Below are positions 13,043-24,395 of a DNA stretch of 39,458 nucleotides, piece by piece; positions within the stretch are counted from its first letter, which is position 1; the number at the start of each line of letters is the position of its first letter. Below the pieces are notes generated by a model that saw only the letters and a list, made by a program, of their open reading frames with translations, did not search any database and was not told where the DNA came from. The position numbers were made by a program, and so were the translations under genes. Source of the DNA: Octopus bimaculoides (Eukaryota); assembly GCF_001194135.2 (NCBI RefSeq), contig NC_068981.1, positions 134,929,418 to 134,968,875 of the forward strand. Direction: 5' to 3'.

Positions 13043-13732
13043 AGGCGTAGAAATGGCTGTGTGGTAAGTAGTTTGCTTACCAACCACATGGTTCCGGGTT
13101 CAGTCCCACTGCGTGGCACCTTGGGCAAGTGTCTTCTACTATAGCCTCGGGCTGACCAAAGCCTTGTGAATGGATTTGGTAGACGGAAACTGAAAGAAGC
13201 CCGTCGTATATATGTATGTGTGTGTATATGTTTGTGTGTCTGTATTTGTCCCCCCAACATCGCTTGACAACCAATGCTAGTGTGTTTACGTCCCCTGTAA
13301 CTTAGCGGTTCGGCAAAAGAGACCGATAAAATAAGTACTAGGCTTCCAAAGAATAAGTCCTGGGGTCGATTTGCTCAACTAAAGGTGNNNNNNNNNNTGC
13401 GTGGCACCTTGGGCAAGTGTCTTCTACTATAGCCTCGGGCTGACCAAAGCCTTGTGAATGGATTTGGTAGACGGAAACTGAAAGAAGCCCGTCGTATATA
13501 TGTATGTGTGTGTATATGTTTGTGTGTCTGTATTTGTCCCCCCAACATCGCTTGACAACCAATGCTAGTGTGTTTACGTCCCCTGTAACTTAGCGGTTCG
13601 GCAAAAGAGACCGATAAAATAAGTACTAGGCTTCCAAAGAATAAGTCCTGGGGTCGATTTGCTCAACTAAAGGTGGTGCTCCAGCATGGCCACAGTCAAA
13701 TGACTGAAACATGTAAAAGAGTAAAAGAGAGT
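13043..13732 (+). mobile_element. SINE family B; 278 bp duplicated across a 10-N gap
   Basis: 13110-13387 is identical to 13398-13675. Confidence 0.9.
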
Positions 13733-13779
13733 ATAAATTCAGAATCAGCAAATTTACCCTATGAATGTTTGAAATTTAC

Positions 13780-13926
13780 CCCCTCAGAGTAAATTGATGA
13801 CAGTCTAGGAAACATTTCTAATGGAAGCTTTGCAGAGAAAACTGCAACATATCTGTTACTCAATATATCAATTGTGTTGCTTTTCAACAACACACAGAAA
13901 TAGCGACCATGTCTCTTCAATATCTC
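13780..13926 (-). CDS. Candidate coding exon (147 nt, phase 0-0), unknown product
   Basis: acacaatttacttag|GAG...GAGGGG|gtaaat; open frame EILKRHGRYFCVLLKSNTIDILSNRYVAVFSAKLPLEMFPRLSSIYSEG. Confidence 0.5.
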
Positions 13927-14059
13927 CTAAGTAAATTGTGTAAAATTTGTTCTTTGTTGATGAGATCTACCTGTGAATATATCAATATACATTACAAAAG
14001 AATTTGTTTCATAACTGGATATACTTCCCTTTGCTCCTCTCCTCTCTCTCTCTCTAATG

Positions 14060-16640
14060 CACAGTTAACTGAGAATAGTTTTTATTTAACTAAGGCTAGT
14101 GTTCAATTAACTGAGATTAGTATGTCATTAACTGAAAATACTATTCAGTTAACTGAGGTCAGTGAGCAGTAGTTAATTGGGAGTAGTGTAAAGTTAAATG
14201 AGTGTGTATATAGTTTAAGTGAGGGTAGTATATTGTTTAACATAGAGTGGTAGTTAACGGAGAATGTGTACACTATTAACCAAGTGTGATTATAAAGTTA
14301 ACTCAGAGCAATATACAGTTAAGTGAGTGTGTATATAGACAAGTGAGGGTGATACAGAGTTTAACTGAAAGTACAGTTAATTGAGGGTGCGTATACAGTT
14401 GATAGTATACAATCTACAGTTAACTGAGTGTGTTCATACAGTTGATTCAATACAATCTATAGTTAACTGAGGGTGTGTATACAGTTGATTCAATACAATC
14501 TATAGTTAACTGAGGGTATGTATACAGTTGATTCAATACAATCTATAGTTAACTGAGGGTGCGTATACAGTTGATTGTATACAATCTACAGTTAACTGAG
14601 TGTGTGCATACAGTTGATTCAATACAATCTATAGTTAACTGAGGGTGTGTATACAGTTGATTGTATACAATCTATAGTTAACTAAGGGTGTGTATACAGT
14701 TGATTGTATACAATCTACAGTTAACTGAGGGTGTGTATACAGTTGATTCAATACAATCTATAGTTAACTGAGGGTGTATATACAGTTGATTGTATACAAT
14801 CTATAGTTAACTGAGGGNNNNNNNNNNNNNNNNNNNNNNNNNNNNNNNNNNNNNNNNNNNNNNNNNNNNNNNNNNNNNNNNNNNNNNNNNNNNNNNNNNN
14901 NNNNNNNNNNNNNNNNNNNNNNNNNNNNNNNNNNNNNNNNNNNNNNNNNNNNNNNNNNNNNNNNNNNNNNNNNNNNNNNNNNNNNNNNNNNNNNNNNNNN
15001 NNNNNNNNNNNNNNNNNNNNNNNNNTCATACAGTTGATTCAATACAATCTATAGTTAACTGAGGGTGTGTATACAGTTGATTCAATACAATCTATAGTTA
15101 ACTGAGGGTGTGTATACAGTTGATTGTATACAATCTATAGTTAACTGATGGCGTGTATACAGTTGATTCAATAAAATCTATAGTTAATTGAGGGTGTGTA
15201 TACAATTGATTCAAAGTTAACTGAGGGTGTGTATACAGTTCATTGTATACAATCTATAGTTAACTGAGGGTGTGTATACAGTTCATTGTATATAATCTAT
15301 AGTTAACTGAGGGTGTGTATACAGTTGATTCAATACAATCTATAGTTAACTGAGGGTGTGTATACAGTTGATTATATACAATCTACAGTTAACTGAGGGT
15401 GTGTATACAGTTGATTCAATACAATCTATAGTTAACTGAGGGTGTGCATACAGTTGATTGTATACAATCTACAGTTAATTGAGTGTGAGTATACAATTGA
15501 TTGTATACAATCTACAGTTAACTGAGGGTGTGTATACAGTTGATTGTATACAATCTATAGTTAACTGAGGGTGTATATACAGTTGATTGTATACAATCTA
15601 TAGTTAACTGAGGGTGTGTATACAGTTGATTCAATACAATCTATAGTTAACTGAAGGTGTGTATACAGTTGATCGTATACAATCTATAGTTAACTGAGGG
15701 TGTGTATACAGTTGATTCAATACAATCTATAGTTAATTGAGGGTGTGTATACAATTGATTGTATACAGTCTATAGTTAATTGAGGGTGTGTATACAGTTG
15801 ATTGTATACAATCTATAGTTAACTGAGGGTGTGCATACAGTTGATTGTATACAATCTACAGTTAATTGAGTGTGAGTATACAATTGATTGTATACAATCT
15901 ACAGTTAACTGAGGGTGTGTATACAGTTGATTGTATACAATCTATAGTTAACTGAGGGTGTATATACAGTTGATTGTATACAATCTATAGTTAACTGAGG
16001 GTGTGTATACAGTTGATTCAATACAATCTATAGTTAACTGAGGGTGTGTATACAGTTGATTGTATACAATCTACAGTTAACTGAAGGTGTGTATACAGTT
16101 GATTCAATACAATCTATAATTAACTGAGGGTGTGTATACAGTTGATTGTATACAATCTATAGTTAACTGAGGGTGTGTATACAGTTGATTCAATACAATC
16201 TATAGTTAACTGAGGGTGTGTATACAGTTGATTGTATACAATCANNNNNNNNNNNNNNNNNNNNNNNNNNNNNNNNNNNNNNNNNNNNNNNNNNNNNNNN
16301 NNNNNNNNNNNNNNNNNNNNNNNNNNNNNNNNNNNNNNNNNNNNNNNNNNNATTAACTGAGGGTGTGTATACAGTTGATTGTATACAATCTATAGTTAAC
16401 TGAGGGTGTGTATACAGTTGATTCAATACAATCTATAGTTAACTGAGGGTGTGTATACAGTTGATTGTATACAATCAACAGTTAACTGAGGGTGTGTATA
16501 CAGTTGAATGTATACAATCTATAGTTAACTGAGGGTGTGTATACAGTTGATTGTATACGATCTATAGTTAACACAATCTGGTGTGTATACAGTCTAACTA
16601 AGGGTATATATACAGCTTAACTGAGAGTGTGTAAACAGTA
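14060..16640. repeat. 43-bp minisatellite array with degenerate 21-22-bp monomers at the edges; two internal N-gaps
   Basis: Unit gttaactgagggtgtgtatacagttgattgtatacaatctata; period confirmed (15560 to 15603). Confidence 0.97.
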
Positions 16641-16854
16641 ACCAATTCTGACACCATAGTGGTTAAGATGAAAGACATTGGGGTGCAATATAACTCAAAA
16701 ATGATGGATGAAGTCTGTCTTTCCAGTAGATTAACTTTCGTTTTAACTGTGACTTATTCACTTTGCAACCACAAGGACCTGTGTTCAATCCTATTGCGTA
16801 GTATTTTTGGCAGGTGTTATTTTCTATAACTTCAGGTTTTATCCATATATTGAG

Positions 16855-17203
16855 CAGTGTTTCTCAACCGGAGTTCCCCGAAACACTAGGGTTCTGCAAA
16901 AGGTTCCTGGGAGTTCCACAAGAAAGAGTGAGATAAACTAATGTTAATTTCATGATTGCAATATTACTATACATGCACAACATATTATTGGTTATTGTAA
17001 CATTGTAATATAGACACCATCCTATCTAACCTATTATGTTATCAAAAAAAAAATATATATATATATATATATATTTACCATGTGAACTATGATGAAAAAG
17101 TATGAGAAAGATATGGCACATAATATATTTTGGGGCAGGGGATCCTTCAGACATGTAATTTACTTTAAGGGTTACGCAAGGGTAAAAAGGTTGAGAAACA
17201 CTG
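16855..17203. mobile_element. hAT-type MITE
   Basis: TIRs cagtgtttctcaacc and ggttgagaaacactg; TSD not cleanly preserved. Confidence 0.75.
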
Positions 17204-17691
17204 CTGTAGAGAGATCTACTGGATGGACTAGAAAAGGGACTTGTTTAAATGGGTGGAGGGGAAGGAGAAAGAGGAAAGAATAAGAATCAAGGATAAAGCA
17301 GCAGCAGTTGCAGACTTAATAGGGATATTGTTGAAGGACCCAGCTGTGTGCATAGGCATTATGCTTCCATAACATCAGCAATGTGCATACATAGTGTGTA
17401 TGCACATTATGCTTTTGGAACTTCAGTCACAAAGTGCTAATTCAAATGATCCAGCTTTCACACATATTGTGTCATACTGACTCTGCCTGAAATTTGTTAA
17501 GGGTGCCCATGTCTACGGAATACTCAGACACACACACTTTACTTCAGAAGCAAGTAACTCATTTGATCCAACAACTGGATGCTCATTGATGACGACAATG
17601 ACGACGACTACAAAGGCAACCACAATTGCTGCGACCACCACAGTATATTGGGTGAGGGTGCACAGTACTCCTCACAACCAATCTCCCATAA

Positions 17692-18374
17692 TACAAGGGG
17701 GTGCTGAAAAGTTCCAGGTTTAGGGTAAAAGAAAATTAACAGGAGGATCAGTTAATTATGATTTTCTTCAATGTATTCCCCTCTCGGAGTCACACACTTA
17801 TTGCAGTAATCTTTCAGTTTTTCTAAATCCTGTAAAAGAACTTGGAAGGTTGGGCCTCCAACCAGGTCTTTCATGACACCCTTAAATCCAGGAACTTTCC
17901 AGCCCCCTTGTGTATGTATGTATGTATGTATATATATATATATATATATATATNNNNNNNNNNNNNNNNNNNNNNNNNNNNNNNNNNNNNNNCACACACT
18001 TTACTTCAGAAGCAAGTAACTCATTTGATCCAACAACTGGATGCTCATTGATGACGACAATGACGACGACTACAAAGGCAACCACAATTGCTGCGACCAC
18101 CACAGTATATTGGGTGAGGGTGCACAGTACTCCTCACAACCAATCTCCCATAATACAAGGGGGTGCTGAAAAGTTCCAGGTTTAGGGTAAAAGAAAATTA
18201 ACAGGAGGATCAGTTAATTAATATTTTATTCAACATATTCCCCTCTCAGATTCACACAATATTGCAGCAATCCTTCAGATTTTCTAAGCTCCATAAAAAA
18301 CTTGGAAGGTTGGGCATCCAACCAGGCCTTTCGCAATACCCTTAAAGCCAGGAGCTTTCCAGTACCATCTTGTA
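17692..18374. mobile_element. Two mariner-derived MITEs (17692-17914, 18154-18374)
   Basis: Ends tacaagggggtgctgaaaagttcc and ggaactttccagccccctt resemble the TIRs of the 11190 mariner. Confidence 0.85.
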
Positions 18375-18456
18375 TAAGTGGCAAAAGTCTCCACGTAAAC
18401 TATAAAGCCAACATACTACTTCAATAATATATGAAAACAAATAAATCTGTACTTAC

Positions 18457-18549
18457 CCCATGGAATTGCCATTTTGAATATTTCTATTAGTGGTTTTACG
18501 CTTTCAATATTTTCCACTTCTCTGCATAAGATATTGATTTAATTCAAAT
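18457..18549 (-). CDS. Candidate exon 2 of the minus-strand gene with a putative start (aaaATGG, MAIPW, phase 1 out)
   Basis: Strong acceptor ttttattttgtag and donor GGG|gtaagt. An in-frame TAA near the 5' end implies a 5'UTR portion or a disabled exon. Confidence 0.45.
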
Positions 18550-19139
18550 CTACAAAATAAAATCTTGATCATTGTCACTATTCTCCTCACTGTATCACCA
18601 TTCACTTCACTAAGAAAAACATTCTACCACCATCTCCAACTCATCATCATCACCACTGCCACCACCACCAGCATCACCATCATTTTAACATCCCTTTTCC
18701 AAAAATTTGTGAAAAAAAAAAAATTTTACAAACATTTTTCGAAATTTTTTTCAGAATCATAATCTCCGTATTTTTCTGCATATTTTGAAAAAAAAAAAGG
18801 AAGTCTTGCCTGGTCCTGTGCTAACGAAATCATTGTGAGTAAGTTTAAGTAGACAGAAACGTGTGTGTGTGTATGTGTCACTATTCAGTAACCGCTGATG
18901 GTATATTTGCATACCTGTAACTTAGCGGTTTGCCAAAAATAAGACGATAGATTGAGTACAATTCTTAAAAAATAGGTAGTTGAGTCAATTTGATCAAGTA
19001 AATCTTTCAAGGCAATGCCCCCAGTATGGCCACATTCCAGAGACTGAAACAAGTAAAAGAATTAAAGAAAATGGATCTTGTCTATTTGGTTTTTACTTTT
19101 CAGTTCTTTCAATTTTATTCCGATTGATTTCAAATTTGG

Positions 19140-20700
19140 TGCATTGATGTAGTTATGTACGTTAATTATGAAAACGAAATTCATTTTTGCCAAGTAGAGC
19201 CACACAGTTCAGATTCTGAACGAATCCGGTTTCATTTAATAAAAATCTTTACTAAAACGACGAAGCAATCGAACAAACAAAAAAAATCAGCGTGTCTGTG
19301 CTCACTATTTCACTTTTCACATCAAATTTTGATATAATAGTAATTTATACACTCTGAAAGATATTTATAGAAAATTTCATTTAAAATTAATTGTTTTTCT
19401 GGAAGTTATGAGTAAAGAAAGTCGTCTTGTGTGAATATTCCGACTCCTCACTCCACCCTTGGAAAAATTGTTTAACCACATACTCCGATATAATCAGAAT
19501 CTACACCATCTGAAGCATATTTGTAAAAAATTTCATTTTAAAATATCCATTTTTCTGGAAGTTATGAGGAAAAGGAAACAAAGTTGCTGGGGCACGCATC
19601 TGTAGGAATGCCTTATGTATAAACATATACTATATATGTAAACAAACATACAAACATATGTGTGTGTATATTTTAAGTGGAGATGCGCACCGTCAACCAC
19701 ATTCCATCGTCTATCCAGTGACAAGACCAATTCAAGACGGCTAGGGATACAATGGATGACCAAGGTGCCTTGCATGCTCGCAGACTCCGCCCAGACACAC
19801 TATACATAACTAAACACACAAACTCGTAATTTAGTACGCAAATTGGCGAAAGTAAAAAAACGTACATTTTTATTAAAGTTTTGACAGAAGTATTGCATCA
19901 GTATTCGTCCGTATTACGTGTGCCCTCCACATCATTGTAGCCTTTTATATTTTAACTATTAATTCTGCTAACTTTATTACCTTCACAGTGGTTACCGTGT
20001 TACATACAAACTTAAAGCCAGAAACTGTAACTTATCACAAACTATAACAACACACGGAACTATTAACTTAACACATATACAAAGCTAAGCATAACATAAA
20101 ATCAACGTGCGCGCAATTAACTAGTTTCGACGGAATCACTATTTTTAATATAAAGAAATTACTTCTGAAATGCTTCTAATGAATTGTCTGAAGAAAATTA
20201 AATTATTAACGAAGAATTTTTTAAAGCATTTTACTACGGTAAGTGCCAATTATTTTCCGACGCTTCATCGAGAAATCGCTGAAGGGACTTCGACGTAGCT
20301 GTTCGACCTTTAAACGTCATTCAAATCACACTCTTGGCTTAAATACAAAAAGTAGACGTTAGATAGTATGAGCCCTACATAGCTCTAAATACGTAGAATG
20401 TTCTACCTAATTTTTTCTTTTAGCTTTTAGTGTAATCTCGCTGAATACTTACATGAGCAGAACTTTCTTAAACGTCTTCCGGGTGTGAAAACGAAAGTGA
20501 TGTAACAAAATAAAAAAGCAAAGTTGAACTAAGGGAAATAAATTGACACATTTCCGAAAAATAAAATTTTAAGTAAAAACAGCACGTACGATTACAAAGT
20601 GCTCAAAACTTTTCAAAGTAATATGGGGCTATATTCAAAGGTCTTGTAGCCGCTTGTTATCAAACACATTTAGGGCGGAGGATTGACAGAATCATCAGAG
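19140..20700. promoter_or_regulatory. CpG-retaining promoter-like island, probably bidirectional
   Basis: About 35 CpG in 19801-20700 by hand count versus 3 in 8641-10000. GTAAGT donors on both strands (+20239, -20452), ETS-like CCGGAAG (20476-20482) and GAAAACGAAAGT (20487-20498). Confidence 0.55.
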
Positions 20701-21097
20701 AATTTGACAAAACGCTTAGCAGTATTCGTTTCGGCTCTTTACATTCTGAGTTCAAATCCTACTGAGGTCAGCTTTGCCTTTCGTCCTTTTGGCATCACTA
20801 AAACATTGTACCCGTTAAATACTGGAGTGTGTCGATATCGATTTATTGGCTCCTCCAAAATTTCAGGCCCGGAGCTCTTATTAGAAGTCATTATTAATAT
20901 ATGTTACCTTTTACGTGATGGGTGAGTTGTGCCTTTAATTCAAAGGGTCAGCCTTGTCATAATGTGTCACGCTGAATATCCCAGAGAACTACGCTAAGAG
21001 TACACGTGTCTGTGGAGTGCTCAGCCACTTGCACGTTAATTTCACGATCGGATCAACTGGAACCCTCGACGTTGTAAGCGACGGAGTGCCAACAACA
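20672..21097 (+). mobile_element. SINE family A (20672-20895) and 5'-truncated SINE family D (about 20926-21097)
   Basis: Homology to other copies in the window. Confidence 0.85.
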
Positions 21098-22112
21098 AAG
21101 TTGGGAGTTTACTTTTGCCCCTGTGGGAAAAATCAGGAAATATGACCGTTATTCAATAATTATAAAGCATACATGTGACCGGTAATAAACTCACAGTAAA
21201 AAAAAATGTTACAGTAATAAAGTCACAATTTTGGCTAGGAATATAAGTCAATTAATTTATGGTGGCTGGAAATAAAGTCACAGAAAAAAAAGTCACAATT
21301 AGTTTATGGGATCCGGACAAAACCCCCTTGAACAAACCCCATAGTTTTCTTTACGCTTAGGGTGGTATAGATTCCGATTATATTAGGATTTGTTATGAAA
21401 AAATTTCCAGAAGTGGGGAGAGGAGTTTCAGAAAATTCACACAGATCAGTTTTGTTCCTTCTTAACTTTAGAAAAAAAAAATGGGCATTTTTAATGAAAT
21501 TTTGGATGCGTTACCCTCCCCTACCACACACAAACTGAGATTTTGGAATTTTTTTTTTTCTCAGCGGATTCCTAGGCTTTCGATGACTGAGATTTCAGAC
21601 TTGCAAAAAGTCACATTTTCAAAATTTTTAATTCCCCCACCCCCCNNNNNNNNNNNNNNNNNNNNNNNNNNNNNNNNNNNNNNNNNNNNNNNNNNNNNNN
21701 NNNNNNNNNNNNNNNNNNNNNNNNNNNNNNNNNNNNNNNNNNNNNNNNNNNNNNNNNNNNNNNNNNNNNNNNNNNNNNNNNNNNNNNNNNNNNNNNNNNN
21801 NNNNNNNNNNNNNNNNNNNNNNNNNNNNNNNNNNNNNNNNNNNNNNNNNNNNNNNNNNNNNNNNNNNNNNNNNNNNNNNNNNNNNNNNNNNNNNNNNNNN
21901 NNNNNNNNNNNNNNNNNNNNNNNNNNNNNNNNNNNNNNNNNNNNNNNNNNNNNNNNNNNNNNNNNNNNNNNNNNNNNNNNNNNNNNNNNNNNNNNNNNNN
22001 NNNNNNNNNNNNNNNNNNNGGTGAGGAAGTAATCCATAAGCTCCACTCATTTTTAGTTAGACGCGCGAAATAACAGCCAAATCTCAAGTTGTTTTTCTTT
22101 CTTTAATTATGT

Positions 22113-22387
22113 CAGGGGTTTTCAAACTTTTTGACCTGCGGACCCCTTTATATTTCAGGCTTTACCTTAAGGACCCCCTTATAAACGCTTATGAAATTTA
22201 TTCATAAATATTTGCTTAAAATAACATTTTTACATTTGTTTATTTAACAGTATTTAACAAATAGGTTTATTGTCAATTAAAAGATTTCGATTAAAAACCA
22301 TATATGAAATCAAATTGCCCATAAAAAGTATTTGCTGTTCACGGACCCCCTGTCTTGTCCTTGCGGACCACAGTTTGAAAACCACTG
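22113..22387. mobile_element. hAT MITE with 8-bp TSD
   Basis: TIRs caggggttttcaaact and agtttgaaaaccactg; TSD aattatgt at 22105-22112 and 22388-22395. Confidence 0.93.
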
Positions 22388-22780
22388 AATTATGTGATAA
22401 AACATGCTGTTTCACTTGTTTCAGCCGTTCCTATGCATGAAACTACATACATAAAACAAACCATACAAATCTACACATGCACTGACTCCAAATACTGTAC
22501 ATATACACACACAAATAACCTGTTGATGTTTTTGAAATTCCAATAAAGGAGCCTTGGATCTAGGCTACAAACTGACTCTTTCACTACTGGCAAGAAATCT
22601 TGAAATAAAACTGAATAATCACACACACAGTTGTCCACAAACCCATGTGTCAAAAAAAAAAACTTCTATATTAAATTGAAAGAATGGATATACTATTTTT
22701 AATAAAATACTATATTATATTTCGTTTTTGTATTTGGTTTGCAAGATTCTTTATGTGAATTCGTGTGTTGAAGCATATTT

Positions 22781-22989
22781 TGTGTCTGGGGAGAGTCGTT
22801 CTCTTTTAGTGCCTTATTAATTTAATACACTCACCTATTTCCACTCATTTATTTATTTTACTAAAATTTTCATTGCGACTTACAACCTTTTCAATAGTGA
22901 ACAAAATTTTAGTAAAAATAAATGAATGTAGCTCGGTGAGCGTGCTAAATTAATAAGGCACTAAATGAGAATGTCTCTCCCTAGTCACA
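22781..22989. repeat. Imperfect fold-back (about 100-bp arms) of a Penelope-like repeat
   Basis: tgtgtctggggagagtcgttctcttttagtgccttattaattt... versus ...aaattaataaggcactaaatgagaatgtctctccctagtcaca. Confidence 0.75.
22860..22898 (-). ncRNA. Minimal type-I hammerhead-like motif, U3-A8 core variant
   Basis: ACUA UUGAAAA G GUUGU-AAGUC-GCAAU GAAA AU U U UAGU: 4-bp helix I, 5-bp helix II with wobbles, palindromic AAUU helix III. Confidence 0.45.
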
Positions 22990-23055
22990 ATAAAATACTA
23001 TATTATAGGAGAGTATTGTAGTTTGCTTGAAGCATTGTGTATTGTTTGTAAAGAA

Positions 23056-23712
23056 TAAAAAGTTTTGAATGGTACAACAATGCACTATAATACAAAAAAT
23101 GGACTATATACCTGTTGTAATTTGGTTATCTATAGTCCGATGATATTTCGGAATTACAATTCCTTCTTCAGACATTCTTAGATGGAGAGACTCCATCTAA
23201 GAATATCTGAAGAAGGAATTGTAATTCCGAAATATCATCGGATTATAGATAACCAAACTGTTGTTGTTGGCACTCCGTCGCTTACGACGCCGAGGGTTCC
23301 AGTTGATCCGATTAACAGAACAACCTGCTCGTGAAATTAACGTGCAAGTGGCTGAGCACTCCACAGACACGTGTACCCGAAACGTAGTTCTCGGGGATAT
23401 TCAGCGTGACACGGTGTGACAAGGCTGACCCTTTGAATTACAGGCACAACAGAAACAGGAAGTAAGAGTGAGAGAAAGTTGTGGTGAAAGAGTACAGCAG
23501 CATTCGCCACCATCCCCTGCCGGAGCCTCGTGGAGCTTTAGGTGTTTTCGCTCAATAAACACACACAACGCCCTGTCTGGGAATCGAAACCGCGATCCTA
23601 TGAACGCGAGTTCGCTACCTTAACCACTAGGCCACAGATAACCAAATTGCAACAGGTACATAGTCCATTTTTTTGTATTATAGTGCACTGTTGTACCATT
23701 CAAAACTTTTTA
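23056..23712. repeat. Near-perfect palindrome (132-bp arms, 3-nt loop at 23188-23190), right arm split by a SINE
   Basis: 23121-23187 versus 23191-23257 has 2 mismatches in 67 bp; pairing resumes at 23647-23712 against 23056-23120. Confidence 0.95.
23258..23635 (-). mobile_element. SINE family D with 11-bp TSD
   Basis: TSD agataaccaaa at 23247-23257 and 23636-23646. Confidence 0.95.
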
Positions 23713-23755
23713 TACTATATTATAGTTTCATATTAGCCAATCAATTTCATACCAG

Positions 23756-23853
23756 GTGTTGAGAAAAACTCCATCAACTATCAGAAAAGTCTGAGGAAAG
23801 GAATGATAAGGCGTGGGCTCTTTGCCACTGGAGACCTGAAAGAGTCACATTCG
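23756..23853 (+). CDS. Candidate exon of the plus-strand gene (phase 1-0)
   Basis: caatttcataccag|GT GTT GAG...TCG|gtttga gives VEKNSINYQKSLRKGMIRRGLFATGDLKESHS. Purine-rich, but the opposite strand is also open. Confidence 0.35.
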
Positions 23854-24271
23854 GTTTGAAGCTTCTTATAGCTGTTTGTGATATTTCAGTTCAAAAGCTA
23901 AGGACAAAAAATTTAGTTTATTGAAGTTATACCCCTTGAACTGAGGGCAAAATAGACAACCACATTGTGAGATATATATATATATATATATATATACCTG
24001 TGGAATGGGATAAGCAGAACAGGATGAGGACAGGATTGGATAGGAGATGTAGGAGGAGGGTTAATTTTAAAATCGTGTGTGACCCTGAACTTGTGTGTGT
24101 GTGTGTGTGTGTGTGTATACTTTGATTAGATGTGTTGACTTCATGAAGAGATGGTTTCCTCCAAGGAAATACTCATTCAATACCTAGTATTTTGGGGTGA
24201 ATTAATTTCCTTAAAATAATAGGTATATATATATAAATATATAGTTTATATTCATATAAAAGAATAGGAAA

Positions 24272-24395
24272 ATGGAGATCGGTAAGTTAATTGTTTATTG
24301 TTAACAGTAAATTAATCATCAGCCCTTACATTCTTTTATACATTAACCAATCAGAATTAATTGACCAACATGGATCTATAGTAATTTCTGATGAG
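24272..24395 (+). CDS. Candidate exon pair MEI|ELIDQHGSIVISDE with a 73-nt intron (24282-24354)
   Basis: aaaATGG context, donor gtaagt, acceptor ttcttttatacattaaccaatcag; the downstream donor is weak. Confidence 0.3.

Noticed and set aside
13110-13675. Tandem SINE duplication
   Set aside because: A 278-bp exact overlap across a 10-N gap is typical of unmerged contig ends.
14400-16570. CRISPR-like array (palindromic 43-bp repeats)
   Set aside because: Units are contiguous with no unique spacers, there are no cas genes, and the context is eukaryotic.
16648-16740. Phase 1-0 minus-strand exon bridging 18457 and 13926
   Set aside because: Both splice sites are weak and the plus strand is equally open.
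17380-17408. 12-bp hairpin aatgtgcataca/tgtatgcacatt
   Set aside because: Short, low-complexity and within an old repeat; expected by chance.
23753-23835. Minus-strand exon VSSGKEPTPYHSFPQTFLIVDGVFLNT joining the DD exon in phase 2
   Set aside because: It has canonical splice sites but lies upstream of the inferred minus-strand promoter and overlaps a purine-rich plus-strand candidate; unresolved without RNA data.
24135-24180. Additional hammerhead remnant (cttcatgaagag...cctccaaggaaatac)
   Set aside because: Core and helices are too degenerate to support.
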